Under the pieces are notes generated by a model. That model searched no databases. It saw nothing but the letters and a program-made list of their open reading frames with translations, and was not told the origin of the DNA. Positions 19,309-29,959 of a stretch of DNA of 64,000 nt are shown one piece after another. The first letter of the stretch is position 1. The number at the start of each line of letters is the position of its first letter. The stretch is taken from IMG/VR virus record IMGVR_UViG_3300025470_000021. One strand, 5' to 3'. The stretch comes from an uncultured virus (IMG/VR IMGVR_UViG_3300025470_000021). Its lineage: Duplodnaviria; Heunggongvirae; Uroviricota; Caudoviricetes. The translations under genes were made by a program, and so were the position numbers.

Positions 19309-20025
19309 ATGCCAACAATTAATAATAACCGATCATCGCTTGCGACCGATCCGTTACGCAACTTTAGGTACCTAGTTACCTTCACACCACTTACAAATGT
19401 TAATGGAACAGCAAACACTAACACGGCTATGACTAACCTTGCTACGCCTCCAGTATCATTTGGTTTTACCTCTATCTCAGGAATGTCTATCACAACTGAT
19501 TCAATTCCTTACCGTGAGGGTGGTTACAACACCACCGTTCACCAGATCCCTGGTCAGACAACTTTTGCTCCAATCACATTCCAGCGTGGAGTGATCCTTG
19601 GAACAAGCACCAACTGGGACTGGATGAAGAACCTCTTCGCCACAGTTCAAGGTGGAGGATCGTCTCGCGCTGCGGGAGATAACTTCCGTTGCGATATCGA
19701 GATCAAGGTATTGGCTCACCCAGTTCCAACAGGTGCAGTAGTAGATGCAACTGGCGGCACACCTGCAACACAGTCAGCAACTGACGTTGTTGCGATGCGC
19801 TTCATGGTCTACAACGCATGGCCAACATCTGTCTCATACTCAGATCTCAACGCTGGTGACAACGCGCTGCTCGTAGAGCAGATGTCTGTTGTTCACGAAG
19901 GCTTTGATATCTCATGGGGAGATAAAGTAAGTGAGTCTGCTGACCCATTTGGTACAGGACCAGGAACATCAGCAGCAACTAAGAACACTGGTAACGGTGG
20001 CGTAGGCGCTGCACTTTCTCAGTAA
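19309..20025 (+). CDS. Tail tube protein (T4 gp19-like)
   Basis: DPLRNFRY, GF..ISGM, YREGG, PGQTTF..ITFQRG, YNAWP, DLNAG. Confidence 0.95.
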   Translation: MPTINNNRSSLATDPLRNFRYLVTFTPLTNVNGTANTNTAMTNLATPPVSFGFTSISGMSITTDSIPYREGGYNTTVHQIPGQTTFAPITFQRGVILGTSTNWDWMKNLFATVQGGGSSRAAGDNFRCDIEIKVLAHPVPTGAVVDATGGTPATQSATDVVAMRFMVYNAWPTSVSYSDLNAGDNALLVEQMSVVHEGFDISWGDKVSESADPFGTGPGTSAATKNTGNGGVGAALSQ

Positions 20026-20044
20026 CAACTAACAAAGGAATATA

Positions 20045-20854
20045 ATGTCGCAAACAATTAGTGCAGTCTCTAATCCAGACTTGGCAAACAACTTAGTGAA
20101 AGACGCTCTTAAAGAGGTCTCTACAGAACTAGAACCAACAATAGTTCCTCCTTCGGATACAACTGTACAACTTCCTGGCGGTTACATTACAACCGCTGGG
20201 GAGTTGCTACAGACCGCAGAGGTTCGAGAGTTAACTGGTCGAGATGAGGAAGCAATTTCTAAGGCCTCTAACGTTGGAAAAGCCCTTCTAACTATCTTAG
20301 AACGTGGAACCGTCAAAGTTGGAGACTTAAAGGCTGATGACAAGATTCTTGATCACATGCTTACAGGTGACCGTGAGGCAATTCTTCTAGGAATCCTTAA
20401 GGCAACGTTTGGAACAACTACAGATATGTCAATTTTCTGTGGTGGTTGCAATGACTTTAAGAATGTAACTGTAGATATCAACGAAGATATCAAGACAAAG
20501 ATTCTTACAGATCCTATTGGAGACAGAATTTTTACAGTCAGCGGTAAGGCTGGAGATATTGAGGTACAACTTCCAACTGGAATCGCCCAAAAAGAATTGA
20601 TCAATAATGCAGATAAAACTCCTGCAGAGATGAACACAATTCTTCTTGAGAAGACAGTCTTGAAGATTAACAACTCACCCGTCTACAGCAAGATCCAGGT
20701 TCAGAACCTACCTGTTGTAGATCGCAAAAAGATTATTGAAGAGATCAATCAGCGTGTTCCTGGTCCACAATTTGATGATGTGACTATGGAATGCCCAGAT
20801 TGTGGAAGTGAGGTAACGATATCCATTAACTTGGGTACGTTGTTTCAGTTCTAA
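20045..20854 (+). CDS. Tail/baseplate assembly chaperone (T4 gp26-like)
   Basis: VRELTGRDEE, GDR..ILLGI, two CxxC motifs; between tube and tape measure. Confidence 0.75.
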   Translation: MSQTISAVSNPDLANNLVKDALKEVSTELEPTIVPPSDTTVQLPGGYITTAGELLQTAEVRELTGRDEEAISKASNVGKALLTILERGTVKVGDLKADDKILDHMLTGDREAILLGILKATFGTTTDMSIFCGGCNDFKNVTVDINEDIKTKILTDPIGDRIFTVSGKAGDIEVQLPTGIAQKELINNADKTPAEMNTILLEKTVLKINNSPVYSKIQVQNLPVVDRKKIIEEINQRVPGPQFDDVTMECPDCGSEVTISINLGTLFQF

Positions 20855-20858
20855 CATA

Positions 20859-21011
20859 GTGCCGTATGTTCAGTTGTTTGCTGAATGGGCGGCCATATCG
20901 GAGATATACGGTAGTTGGACATTGACTGAGATCAAGGAGATGTCCTCTAGAGAAAGAAAGAATTGGCTAGAACTAGCCAAGGCAAGAGCGATAAGGAGTC
21001 CAGATGGCTAG
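20859..21011 (+). CDS. Small tail assembly chaperone extension (gp51/gpT-like)
   Basis: Hand-translated VPYVQLFAEWAAISEIYGSWTLTEIKEMSSRERKNWLELAKARAIRSPDG; fills the gap before the tape measure gene. Confidence 0.65.
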   Translation: MPYVQLFAEWAAISEIYGSWTLTEIKEMSSRERKNWLELAKARAIRSPDG

Positions 21012-23685
21012 TATGGTGACAAGCGTCAAGTCACTTAACGACGCCCTAAAAGACACGCTCAAAACTCTCAACGAGATCAATGACACGATCAAGCATATTT
21101 CTGCTCCTGCTCAAACAGCAGCAGACTCTATGCGCAAAACCATTACAAAAAATGGTCAAAGAAATCTAACCAAGGGTAGCAAAGTTGCCCTAGGTACAGA
21201 CGGTGCCAACTTTACACAGGCTGGTGGTGCTTCTGCAGAAAGTAGAGTTCCTGCTTCTCAACCACAATCTGCTGCACAGGCTCAAAAGGCAAGCAATGTA
21301 AACATGCCATGGATGTCTCCTACTTTGGCAAAGTTCAGCATTGCTGGTGGAGTGGCCCAAGCGGGAGCAGGAGTTGTTGGTGCAGGTTATGCGCTTGGTC
21401 CTGATTTAGGCGCAACAATTTCTCGTGCATCAAACTATTACGCAGTATCTCAATACTCCACAACTGGTCTTGGCTATAAGCAAATTCAAACTTCTACTTT
21501 GGGTGCTTTAGGAAACGGTTTTGGAAGAGGCGTATCAGGGATAGGAGAAGATGCGGCAGCCGCTGCAATTCTTACCCAACAGTATGGTTATGCTCCAGGA
21601 AGTAGCCCATACCTACAAACTATGCGTGAAGTTGGTGGAGCGTACCGTCAATTTAATCTTGGTAATGCAGCGGCCGCTCAAGCAATTGGTGGTTTCCAGA
21701 CTGGAGCAATGGGTGCAAACCTTTACCAATATGGTATTTCTCAGTTTGATAAAAGTGGAAATCCATTATCTGAATCTGATATTGCTAAACAACTCTTTAA
21801 TCGTATTTTTCAAGGACGTGGTCAAGGTAACGTCAAAGGAGTTCAACAATCCTTACAGTACGGACTTGCTGGTGCAGACCTTAGCGCTTTAGGATTCTCT
21901 GCTGATCAACAACAACTTCTTCGTGCTCAGTTCTTAGCGTTGGCTCAAAACAAAAACGCAGATCTTTCAAAAATGTCTGGTGCAGGAAACCCAAATGCAG
22001 CAGGACAACAGATCATTACATCTCAAACTAATTTGATGCAAGCATCTCAAGACTCTATGATCAAGGGATACCAGGCTGCTGCAACTACTATTACTGCAGT
22101 AAATAAGGAGATGGCACAATTTGGACAATCGGTTATTCAAGCAAAAGCCTACATGCAAGGTCTTGGACAAACTGGTTTAGGTGGTGCTCTTACCTCTCTT
22201 ATTGGCGGGTTTACCATGGGAGTAAAGAACATTGCAGAAGGTATGGCGGCCCTTGCTGCTGCTGAAGCAATTGGTATGCCTCTTGGTAAAGGAGGAACTA
22301 AGTTACTAAGTGCTGGACGTGGCGCTCTTTCTTTGATTAAAGGTGCTGCAACTAGGGTAGTTGCTCCTGCTGCAGTTGGATTAGGGGTTGGCGCTGCAGG
22401 AAAACAACTTGGTAAAGCACTGCACGTTAATAGCGGTGTAACACGTGCTGCGTCTGGTTTGGCGGCTGCTGGTGCTGGTGCTGCAACTGGTGCGGGAATT
22501 GGTTCAATATTTGCTCCAGAAACTCTTGGTCTTAGCATTGTTGCTGGTGGAATTATTGGCGGTATTGCTGGACTATTTAGTGGTGGAAGTTCATACGGAG
22601 GTTTTGGCGCATCGTTTGGTGCAAAAGGTGGTGCATACTCTGCAACCCCTGCAAACACCAGTGCTCTTCACCCCAACTCAGGACAAAGCAATAAACAAAC
22701 TTTAAGTTCCCCTATTCCTGGAACAGCACCAACAACCATGTATGGTGCTAAAGATCCTGGCATGTGGAATGGAGCAAAGAACTATCACACAGGTGATGAC
22801 TACGCTGTTCCTGTAGGAACATCTGTAAAGGCTGTGGCTGATGGTGTTGTCTTTGACGATTCTCCTGGAGCAGATTTTGGTGTCTATGTACAGATTGACC
22901 ATGGAAATGGCTATCAAACTTTGTATGGTCACTTACAAAGTAAGTCAGTAAAACTAGGTCAAACAGTTGTTGCTGGTCAAGAAATTGGTAAATCTGGTCA
23001 ATCAGGAAATGTTACTGGTCCACACTTACACTTTGAAGTTCGCAAAGGACATAACAATCCAGTAGACCCAGCGTCATTCTTGACTGGTACAGGTGGAACA
23101 AAACAGACTGTATCTGGAAGCACAGTAACTGCTCCTGGAACAATTCTTGGAACAGGAAGTCAACAAGATTGGGCAAAACAATTCCTAACAAACTTAGGAA
23201 AACCTGTTACAAAACAAAACCTTGCTGCTGTAACAACTTGGATGGCGTTTGAAGGAGGGCAGTGGCATAACTCTGCTCACTATAACCCACTTAACACAAC
23301 ACAACCAGCATCAGGTGCTGTAGACATCAACAGTGTTGGCGTAAAATCTTACGCAGATTTTAATCAAGGAATGCAAGCCACTATTGAAACCATTAATAAT
23401 GGTCGTTACAAGTCTATTTTAAGCGCTCTCTCTTCAGGGAATAACACTGCAGGAGTATTGCGGGCTGTAAACCACTCTCCATGGGGAACACATATTCCTG
23501 GTTATGGTGGTGGTACATCTGGATTTGGTGCCTCTATGCCGTCTTCTGGACAAGGTGGGTCTACTAATGTTCAAATCACAGTGAACATCGCTCAAGCATC
23601 GCAAGATGAAGCAGTAAAGTTTGCAAAGAAAGTACAAAGTATTCTTGAAGAAAACAACAGCATCTCTATGATGGGAACTAGGTAA
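21004..23685 (+). CDS. Tape measure protein with M23 peptidase and C-terminal lysozyme-like domain
   Basis: Ala/Gly-rich helical body; HTGDD, YGHL, TGPHLHFEVR (M23); WMAFEGG...YNPLNTT...GVKSY. Confidence 0.9.
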   Translation: MASMVTSVKSLNDALKDTLKTLNEINDTIKHISAPAQTAADSMRKTITKNGQRNLTKGSKVALGTDGANFTQAGGASAESRVPASQPQSAAQAQKASNVNMPWMSPTLAKFSIAGGVAQAGAGVVGAGYALGPDLGATISRASNYYAVSQYSTTGLGYKQIQTSTLGALGNGFGRGVSGIGEDAAAAAILTQQYGYAPGSSPYLQTMREVGGAYRQFNLGNAAAAQAIGGFQTGAMGANLYQYGISQFDKSGNPLSESDIAKQLFNRIFQGRGQGNVKGVQQSLQYGLAGADLSALGFSADQQQLLRAQFLALAQNKNADLSKMSGAGNPNAAGQQIITSQTNLMQASQDSMIKGYQAAATTITAVNKEMAQFGQSVIQAKAYMQGLGQTGLGGALTSLIGGFTMGVKNIAEGMAALAAAEAIGMPLGKGGTKLLSAGRGALSLIKGAATRVVAPAAVGLGVGAAGKQLGKALHVNSGVTRAASGLAAAGAGAATGAGIGSIFAPETLGLSIVAGGIIGGIAGLFSGGSSYGGFGASFGAKGGAYSATPANTSALHPNSGQSNKQTLSSPIPGTAPTTMYGAKDPGMWNGAKNYHTGDDYAVPVGTSVKAVADGVVFDDSPGADFGVYVQIDHGNGYQTLYGHLQSKSVKLGQTVVAGQEIGKSGQSGNVTGPHLHFEVRKGHNNPVDPASFLTGTGGTKQTVSGSTVTAPGTILGTGSQQDWAKQFLTNLGKPVTKQNLAAVTTWMAFEGGQWHNSAHYNPLNTTQPASGAVDINSVGVKSYADFNQGMQATIETINNGRYKSILSALSSGNNTAGVLRAVNHSPWGTHIPGYGGGTSGFGASMPSSGQGGSTNVQITVNIAQASQDEAVKFAKKVQSILEENNSISMMGTR

Positions 23686-25040
23686 TGGCTACAAATAAAA
23701 AGATCCCACTATCATCTGCTCAACTTGCTGCTAATCAAGACATTATCAATGCAGATTATCAAGCGCAAATTACTCAAAAAGTAACATATGATGCTGCTGT
23801 AAAAAAAGTTGCTACTTTAAAAGACAAACTTTATAATCAAAATAAATATTTGCAAACTACATACAATCTTTATTTAGCACTGTTGTATGAGTACGATGTT
23901 TACGAGCCTGTAAATCACCCTAAAGGACATGTAGATATTTTAACTCTTAGTTCGTCTGTTCAAAAACAAATTCAAGATGCGTACACAAAATGGCAAGCAG
24001 TTGTTGCCGAAGTTAAACAGACTGGTAATGATTTGTTGGCAGCAGATAAAGACGTAGTTACTGCTCAAAACACTTTAAACCAAGATAAAGCAGCACTAGC
24101 GGCTGCGGTTAAAGCCAACGCTGCAGGAAAACCTGCTCCAGCAGTTGGTTCTTCTGGTGCTGGAAACCCTCCTGGAGGTAATCCCCCATCAGTTATTGGA
24201 GACCCAAAACCTTACACATATAACGCTCCAATGACCTCTTCTTCTTATTTGAAGTTTGGTCCTCAAGTACTGTCTGCTAAAAATGACATGTTAATTACCG
24301 ATCCAGGAGCATGGGATCATGCTCAATCAGCATGGCAACCAGACAAAGATGGAAAGTTTAAAGGTGCAAAAGGCGCTATTCAAATGAGCCAAAGTTTAGC
24401 AGCAGATGCCAGCGTGTTAACTAAAAAAACTGCAGCATCAGGTCTTGCTACTGACACAACTCCTTATGGTTTTAAATTCTTATACAACCCAACATCTGTT
24501 GGAATGTCTTGGGGTATTGTAGAAAGTTTTTCTCCTCAATTTGAACAGTCAGGTCAAGATATAGCAACCGCAATTGGTAATGGGTTACTTGCAAGTACAG
24601 TTACTTTTTCTTTAATTCTTAACCGCATTGAAGATATGATGTACATAAAAGATAGCACTGGAGAATTCTTAACTAGAAATACTTCTCCATATCCTTATAC
24701 AGTGAATTCTTCAGAACGCGGTTTAATTTACGATCGTGGAACTATGTATGATCTTGAATATTTGTTTAGAGCAACTGGTGGGTATAACTCTCAATACAAA
24801 TCAAGTGTTGGAAACATAGTAACAGCAGATAAAGGTTGGTTGATGCCTATTCCTGTCGAGTTGCATTTGGGAGCAAACTTACGCTATTTAGTAAGAGTTT
24901 CATCTTTAGATATTAACCATGCTATTTTTAATGAACGAATGGTACCTATATTTACAACTGTAAATATAACCTGTACTCGTTACTATGACAATCAAGTGTT
25001 ATACAGCGCAGCATCAACAGCAGCGGCAGGTGGAAGATAA
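23685..25040 (+). CDS. Baseplate/tube-initiator protein
   Basis: FKFLYNP, VSSLDINHAIFNERMVP; follows the tape measure gene. Confidence 0.65.
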   Translation: MATNKKIPLSSAQLAANQDIINADYQAQITQKVTYDAAVKKVATLKDKLYNQNKYLQTTYNLYLALLYEYDVYEPVNHPKGHVDILTLSSSVQKQIQDAYTKWQAVVAEVKQTGNDLLAADKDVVTAQNTLNQDKAALAAAVKANAAGKPAPAVGSSGAGNPPGGNPPSVIGDPKPYTYNAPMTSSSYLKFGPQVLSAKNDMLITDPGAWDHAQSAWQPDKDGKFKGAKGAIQMSQSLAADASVLTKKTAASGLATDTTPYGFKFLYNPTSVGMSWGIVESFSPQFEQSGQDIATAIGNGLLASTVTFSLILNRIEDMMYIKDSTGEFLTRNTSPYPYTVNSSERGLIYDRGTMYDLEYLFRATGGYNSQYKSSVGNIVTADKGWLMPIPVELHLGANLRYLVRVSSLDINHAIFNERMVPIFTTVNITCTRYYDNQVLYSAASTAAAGGR

Positions 25041-25330
25041 TGTATGTAGATAGTAGATACGCAAACCCTATTACAACCCCTGAAGGGGTAATCCCAAAAG
25101 CATGGGATGCTCACCGTCAGGCATACCACATTATGATCTTGCGTAATTGGCCTACCTATGCAACCAAATTTTACACTTATGAGTGGAAAGATGGAGATCG
25201 TTTAGATCTTATTGCTAATAAATTTTTAGGTAATCCACAATTTTGGTGGAAAATTATGGACCTTAATCCAGAGGTAATAAACCCTACTCAAATATCTGCT
25301 GGAACATTACTGAGGTTACCAAATGCTTGA
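25040..25330 (+). CDS. LysM-like baseplate protein (gpX/gp53-like)
   Basis: GDRLDLIANKFLGNPQFWWKIMDLNP...GTLLRLP. Confidence 0.85.
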   Translation: MYVDSRYANPITTPEGVIPKAWDAHRQAYHIMILRNWPTYATKFYTYEWKDGDRLDLIANKFLGNPQFWWKIMDLNPEVINPTQISAGTLLRLPNA

Positions 25331-26573
25331 TCCTGAACGTCAAGGAAAATTTTCTAATACTTATGAGGTTGTGTTTCCTGATTATCCAAGTTTCAACACG
25401 CAACCAAGAAAAGTTACTCTTACTCAACACATAAACAGCCATGATGTTGTTGTGTTAAGGTTTCAGTATTTTAGTACCTTAGTTGTTAACTCTTTTAAGA
25501 CAGGAACACCAGTTCAAATATCTTGGAGAAACGACAAAGTTAACAAAACTTTTATTGGTTATGTTTCCCATGTCCAATACCCAACAACACAAGTTCTTAA
25601 TAGATACGTAGAAATTATTTGTGTAGGTGGTTCTTATCCTCTAAAAGAAGAGACATCTAAAATTTGGGTGAACACTACGGCATCTCAAGTTGCTACAGAA
25701 ATTGCTAAAAAGTTTTATTTAAAGCCGCTAGTTACTCCAAGCACAGTAAAACTTAGTCAGATATCTATGGCTGGACATACGTATTGGGAAAAACTTGTGG
25801 AACTAGCAAATAAAATTGGCTATGGAGTACAAGTATTGGGAACAGAACTTCACTTTCATCCTATAGATACAATGATTGACCAATTCATGACAACTATTCC
25901 AGTCATGTCTTTTCTAGACCCTTTTACCAACGCAACATCCATATTTGATGTTCAAACTTTAGATTCTTTTGAATCTAAGTTGGGTGATTACGTTGAAAAG
26001 CATTCAAATAACAGAACAAATAAAATAGTAGCAGGAGTTGATCCTGTCACAGGAAAAGTTTACAAAACTAAATCTTCTCCGCACACAGTTGGTTCTGCAA
26101 TTCGCGCTAATACAAAAGCGCCTTTGTTTTCAAAGATTGAGTCTGGAGTTGTTGCAAATAGTGACGCTATGACAAAAGCCTTGGCTGATGCAAAAGCGCA
26201 ACTATCTCGTCTATCAATCCCAGGTAAAGGTACTGGACAAGGAGATCCAAGAATTTCTCCATGGGGAACTATTGAAGTAAGAAATACAGGGGGTAATTCA
26301 GACGGGTTCTGGATTGTTACTTCCGCAAAACATGAAATGACTATTGATGGAAAATACACGGTGGACTTTTCTTGTGCTACAGACGGCGTGGGAACAAACA
26401 AGCCAAGTGCTACAAGGCCATCCTCTGCAGGAACTGTTCCAACAATTAACCTTAATTACCCTACAGCAGGAACCAACCCATCTAATTCCTATACACTGAG
26501 TACTGCTACAGCCCTTATAGACCAAACAAACACGGGCTTTAATATTGTTCCAAGAAGATGGGTAGGTGTTTGA
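25323..26573 (+). CDS. Baseplate hub protein (gpD/gp27-like)
   Basis: TASQVATEIAKK, YWEKLVELA, GQGDPRI, GFWIV..AKH. Confidence 0.8.
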   Translation: MLDPERQGKFSNTYEVVFPDYPSFNTQPRKVTLTQHINSHDVVVLRFQYFSTLVVNSFKTGTPVQISWRNDKVNKTFIGYVSHVQYPTTQVLNRYVEIICVGGSYPLKEETSKIWVNTTASQVATEIAKKFYLKPLVTPSTVKLSQISMAGHTYWEKLVELANKIGYGVQVLGTELHFHPIDTMIDQFMTTIPVMSFLDPFTNATSIFDVQTLDSFESKLGDYVEKHSNNRTNKIVAGVDPVTGKVYKTKSSPHTVGSAIRANTKAPLFSKIESGVVANSDAMTKALADAKAQLSRLSIPGKGTGQGDPRISPWGTIEVRNTGGNSDGFWIVTSAKHEMTIDGKYTVDFSCATDGVGTNKPSATRPSSAGTVPTINLNYPTAGTNPSNSYTLSTATALIDQTNTGFNIVPRRWVGV

Positions 26574-26977
26574 TGGCTAACGAAGTTGCTGTAACTCTTC
26601 CTTTCCATATTGATTACTCAGGACGAGTCTCCTTTACTCAAGACCAAAAAGTAATGTGGGCAGACCGAGTTAAGTCGGTCATAGGAACAGCAGTAAGAGA
26701 ACGGGTAATGAGACCTACCTTTGGGACGTTAATTCCTTACGCTCTTTTTGAGTCTGAAGATGACGCGTCTACAGAAATTAAAGTTGAAATTCAAAAAGCA
26801 TTTAATTCTCAATTGCCAACTTTAGTATTAACAGATTCTACCGTAACAATTGACACATACACCAATACAATAACGGCCAACATAACTTACCAATTGCCTA
26901 ACAGCACAGTAATAACAACTAATCTTGGAGTACTTTCATTAGCAGGATCTAACCCACCATACGAGGAGATATTGTGA
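26573..26977 (+). CDS. Baseplate wedge / sheath initiator (gpW/gp25-like)
   Basis: T...ERVMRPTFG. Confidence 0.9.
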   Translation: MANEVAVTLPFHIDYSGRVSFTQDQKVMWADRVKSVIGTAVRERVMRPTFGTLIPYALFESEDDASTEIKVEIQKAFNSQLPTLVLTDSTVTIDTYTNTITANITYQLPNSTVITTNLGVLSLAGSNPPYEEIL

Positions 26978-28728
26978 CCACACAAATTTCTACAATACCA
27001 GTATCAGTTGACTACACTGCTAGAGACTTTTACTCTATTAAAGATAAGTTAATTGCCAGAATACAGGCGCGTATCCCTAACTGGACTGCCAGTGACCCTG
27101 CTGATTTTGGTGTTGCTTTTGTTGAGGCCATGGCTTACATGGGTGACTTGATCTCTTATTACATCGATAGAAATGCAAACGAGAACTCTATCTACACCGC
27201 TACTCAACGAAACAGCGTTCTCAATATCGCACAGACTTTTGGTTATACGCCAGCAGGTTATCGTCAATCGTATGTAAACTTAACTTTCTCTAACTCTGGA
27301 GATACTGACCAGATTATCTATGGAGGAACAGTAGTATCAGGGCAAGTCACCACTGGTGATGTTGTACAGACTCTGTACTTTACAACTACCTCAGACATAA
27401 CAGTTGTTGGAGGAAGTTCTAATACTGTACTTGCTAAAGAAGGTCAACTAGTAACTCTAGTTTCCCCAACAGCAATTCCTACATACGGAGAACTCATTGG
27501 TACTTCGGATGGCTCTCCAAACCAAACTTACATGCTCCTTCATTCTCCAGTAGTGGATGGAACGCTATCTCTGTACATTCAAGACGGAGATGTGTATTCT
27601 CAATGGAACCAAGTTCAGCACATCACTGACTACGGCCCATCTGATTTGGTTTACACCACATCTTTTGACCAAAACGACAACTTGTTTGTCACCTTTGGTG
27701 ATGGTGTTTCAGGTGCTATCCCTGTTCCTTACTCTCAAATCCGTGTGGTCTATACGGTAGGTGGAGGAGATGTTGGAAATATTGGTTCTAACATCGCTAC
27801 AAACATTAGTTATGTTCCAGGACTTACAGACACTCAAGTAACTGCTCTTAAAGGAACCATCACTGTAACTAACGCAACTGCTGCTATCGCGGGATCAAAC
27901 CCAGAAAGCACAGACCAGATTAGAATTTCTGCTCCTGCGTCTTTGCGTGCGGCTAATCGCGCTGTTACATTAAAAGACTTTGCTGACCTTGCACTAAGCG
28001 TAAACAATGTAGGAAAAGCACAAGCAACTGCTGCTGTTTGGTCTTCTGTCACTCTGTATATTGCCCCAACTAGAAACGCAGGAACAACAGATCTACAGCC
28101 TGGATTAAACTCAGATGGATCTCCATCTGCTGAATACACTACCTTGGCTAACAACGTTTCTACATATATGGCAGATAAACTACTTATTGGAAGTTCTCTT
28201 AGTGTTCAACCACCTACATATGTAGATGCCGTTCTTTCATTAACATACTCACTTGACCCTAAGTACAAACAATCAGATGTAACAAGTTCAATTTTGTCAA
28301 CTCTATCAACCAAATATGGATACAACGCAGTATCTTTTAAAGAAACTATTTATCCTCAAGATATTGAGGCAGTAGTCAACGGTTTAAATGGAGTTAAAAC
28401 TGCACGAGTAACTGGTTTATACCGTTATGGTGTTCCTATTACATCTGCTGCTGCTTCTGGAACAGCGATTACTTACACAACTAGCGCTCCTCATGGATTG
28501 AGTGTTGGATCAACTGTTACAGTTACTGGGTTTAGTCCCAGTGGTTACAATGTAACTTCTGCATCAGTTGCAACAGTTGCTGATTCCACGCACTTTACTG
28601 TTGCTAGTACGCAGTCCAGCGGTACTGCTACAGGAACTGGAGCCTTTACTGGGTACTCAACTCTAATAGGATCAGAAAACGAAATTTTTAGATTCCAGGT
28701 AAGTAACATCAATATTGGAACGATGTAG
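26974..28728 (+). CDS. Baseplate J/gp6-like wedge protein
   Basis: DYTARDF, DFGVAFVE, FGDGVSG.IP, RAVTLKDF. Confidence 0.92.
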   Translation: MTTQISTIPVSVDYTARDFYSIKDKLIARIQARIPNWTASDPADFGVAFVEAMAYMGDLISYYIDRNANENSIYTATQRNSVLNIAQTFGYTPAGYRQSYVNLTFSNSGDTDQIIYGGTVVSGQVTTGDVVQTLYFTTTSDITVVGGSSNTVLAKEGQLVTLVSPTAIPTYGELIGTSDGSPNQTYMLLHSPVVDGTLSLYIQDGDVYSQWNQVQHITDYGPSDLVYTTSFDQNDNLFVTFGDGVSGAIPVPYSQIRVVYTVGGGDVGNIGSNIATNISYVPGLTDTQVTALKGTITVTNATAAIAGSNPESTDQIRISAPASLRAANRAVTLKDFADLALSVNNVGKAQATAAVWSSVTLYIAPTRNAGTTDLQPGLNSDGSPSAEYTTLANNVSTYMADKLLIGSSLSVQPPTYVDAVLSLTYSLDPKYKQSDVTSSILSTLSTKYGYNAVSFKETIYPQDIEAVVNGLNGVKTARVTGLYRYGVPITSAAASGTAITYTTSAPHGLSVGSTVTVTGFSPSGYNVTSASVATVADSTHFTVASTQSSGTATGTGAFTGYSTLIGSENEIFRFQVSNINIGTM

Positions 28729-29885
28729 TGGATGATATTAAAAGACATTACGGAATCTATAGAGGAGTTGTTCAAGATAACAACGACCCACAAAATCAAC
28801 GTAGACTTCGTCTGTCAATCCCACAAACCACAGGGTCAGAGGTAACTGACTGGGCTTGGCCTATTGATCCTTCTAACACGTCTTTTGACGTACCTGTTAT
28901 TGGGCAAGGGGTGTGGGTTGCTTACATTGGTGGAGATCCTGAATATCCTATTTGGCTTGGTAGTTTTGGAACAAACCAAGGTAAAAATAAAAAGTTGTAT
29001 TTAAAAGCGTTATCAAATGCTACAAGCCTTAACAATATTAACCATGAGATTATTCTTGTAACAAAAAATGACGGAACTCAAGAAGTAGATGTAACAGCAA
29101 CATTAATTGCTCTTGCACAAAAAGAGTATTCTTTACAAACAACTTTGTACTCTTTACAAAATACTGTTCAGGGAATTATTGCTGGACATGGAATTCAAGG
29201 TGTACAGGGAAGTTCTGGCTCTCAAGGTTCGTCAGGAACACAAGGATTACAAGGATCTTTAGGCTCTGGAACTCAAGGTGTTCAAGGTGCACAGGGAACT
29301 ATCGGTACTCAAGGTGCAATGGGATCTGGAACGCAGGGATCTCAAGGACTTCAAGGTTTACAGGGTGCTCTTGGAACTCAAGGACCTTATGGATTGCAAG
29401 GCTATCAGGGATCGCAGGGAGTTCAAGGCACTCAAGGTTTTTATGGAACACAAGGTTCTTTGGGAACACAGGGAAGTCAAGGGTTACAAGGTGCTGTAGG
29501 TGCAACAGGTATTACAGGTACCCAAGGAGTTCAGGGTACAGACGGTACCCAGGGCACACAGGGTACAGATGGCGTTCAAGGCCAACAAGGTACACAGGGC
29601 ACTCAAGGATTAACTGGAGCAGGAACACAGGGTTCTCAGGGAACACAAGGAAGTGTTGGAAATACTGGTTTACAGGGAACTCTAGGAACTACTGGTTCTC
29701 AAGGCACGCAAGGCGTTCAAGGAACTCAGGGAAACTCTATCCAAGGAACTCAAGGGGTGCAGGGAGTTCAAGGATTGCAAGGCGCTATAGGTGTGGGAAC
29801 TCAGGGTATACAGGGGTCAAGTGGGACATCCTCTGTAGACGTTGGAAATCTTTTTTCAGGGTTATTCTTAATAATGGGAGGATAA
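28728..29885 (+). CDS. Baseplate spike (gpV/gp5 OB-fold) with C-terminal collagen region
   Basis: YGIYRGVV.DNNDP...R, P.IGQGVWV.YIGGDPEYPIWLG, then G-X-Q repeats. Confidence 0.85.
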   Translation: MDDIKRHYGIYRGVVQDNNDPQNQRRLRLSIPQTTGSEVTDWAWPIDPSNTSFDVPVIGQGVWVAYIGGDPEYPIWLGSFGTNQGKNKKLYLKALSNATSLNNINHEIILVTKNDGTQEVDVTATLIALAQKEYSLQTTLYSLQNTVQGIIAGHGIQGVQGSSGSQGSSGTQGLQGSLGSGTQGVQGAQGTIGTQGAMGSGTQGSQGLQGLQGALGTQGPYGLQGYQGSQGVQGTQGFYGTQGSLGTQGSQGLQGAVGATGITGTQGVQGTDGTQGTQGTDGVQGQQGTQGTQGLTGAGTQGSQGTQGSVGNTGLQGTLGTTGSQGTQGVQGTQGNSIQGTQGVQGVQGLQGAIGVGTQGIQGSSGTSSVDVGNLFSGLFLIMGG

Positions 29886-29959
29886 TATCCTTAAGGTTCA
29901 TGCAGTAAACAAAAGATAAAGACGAGAAAATACAATTCTAAGATAGGAAAGGAAGATTC

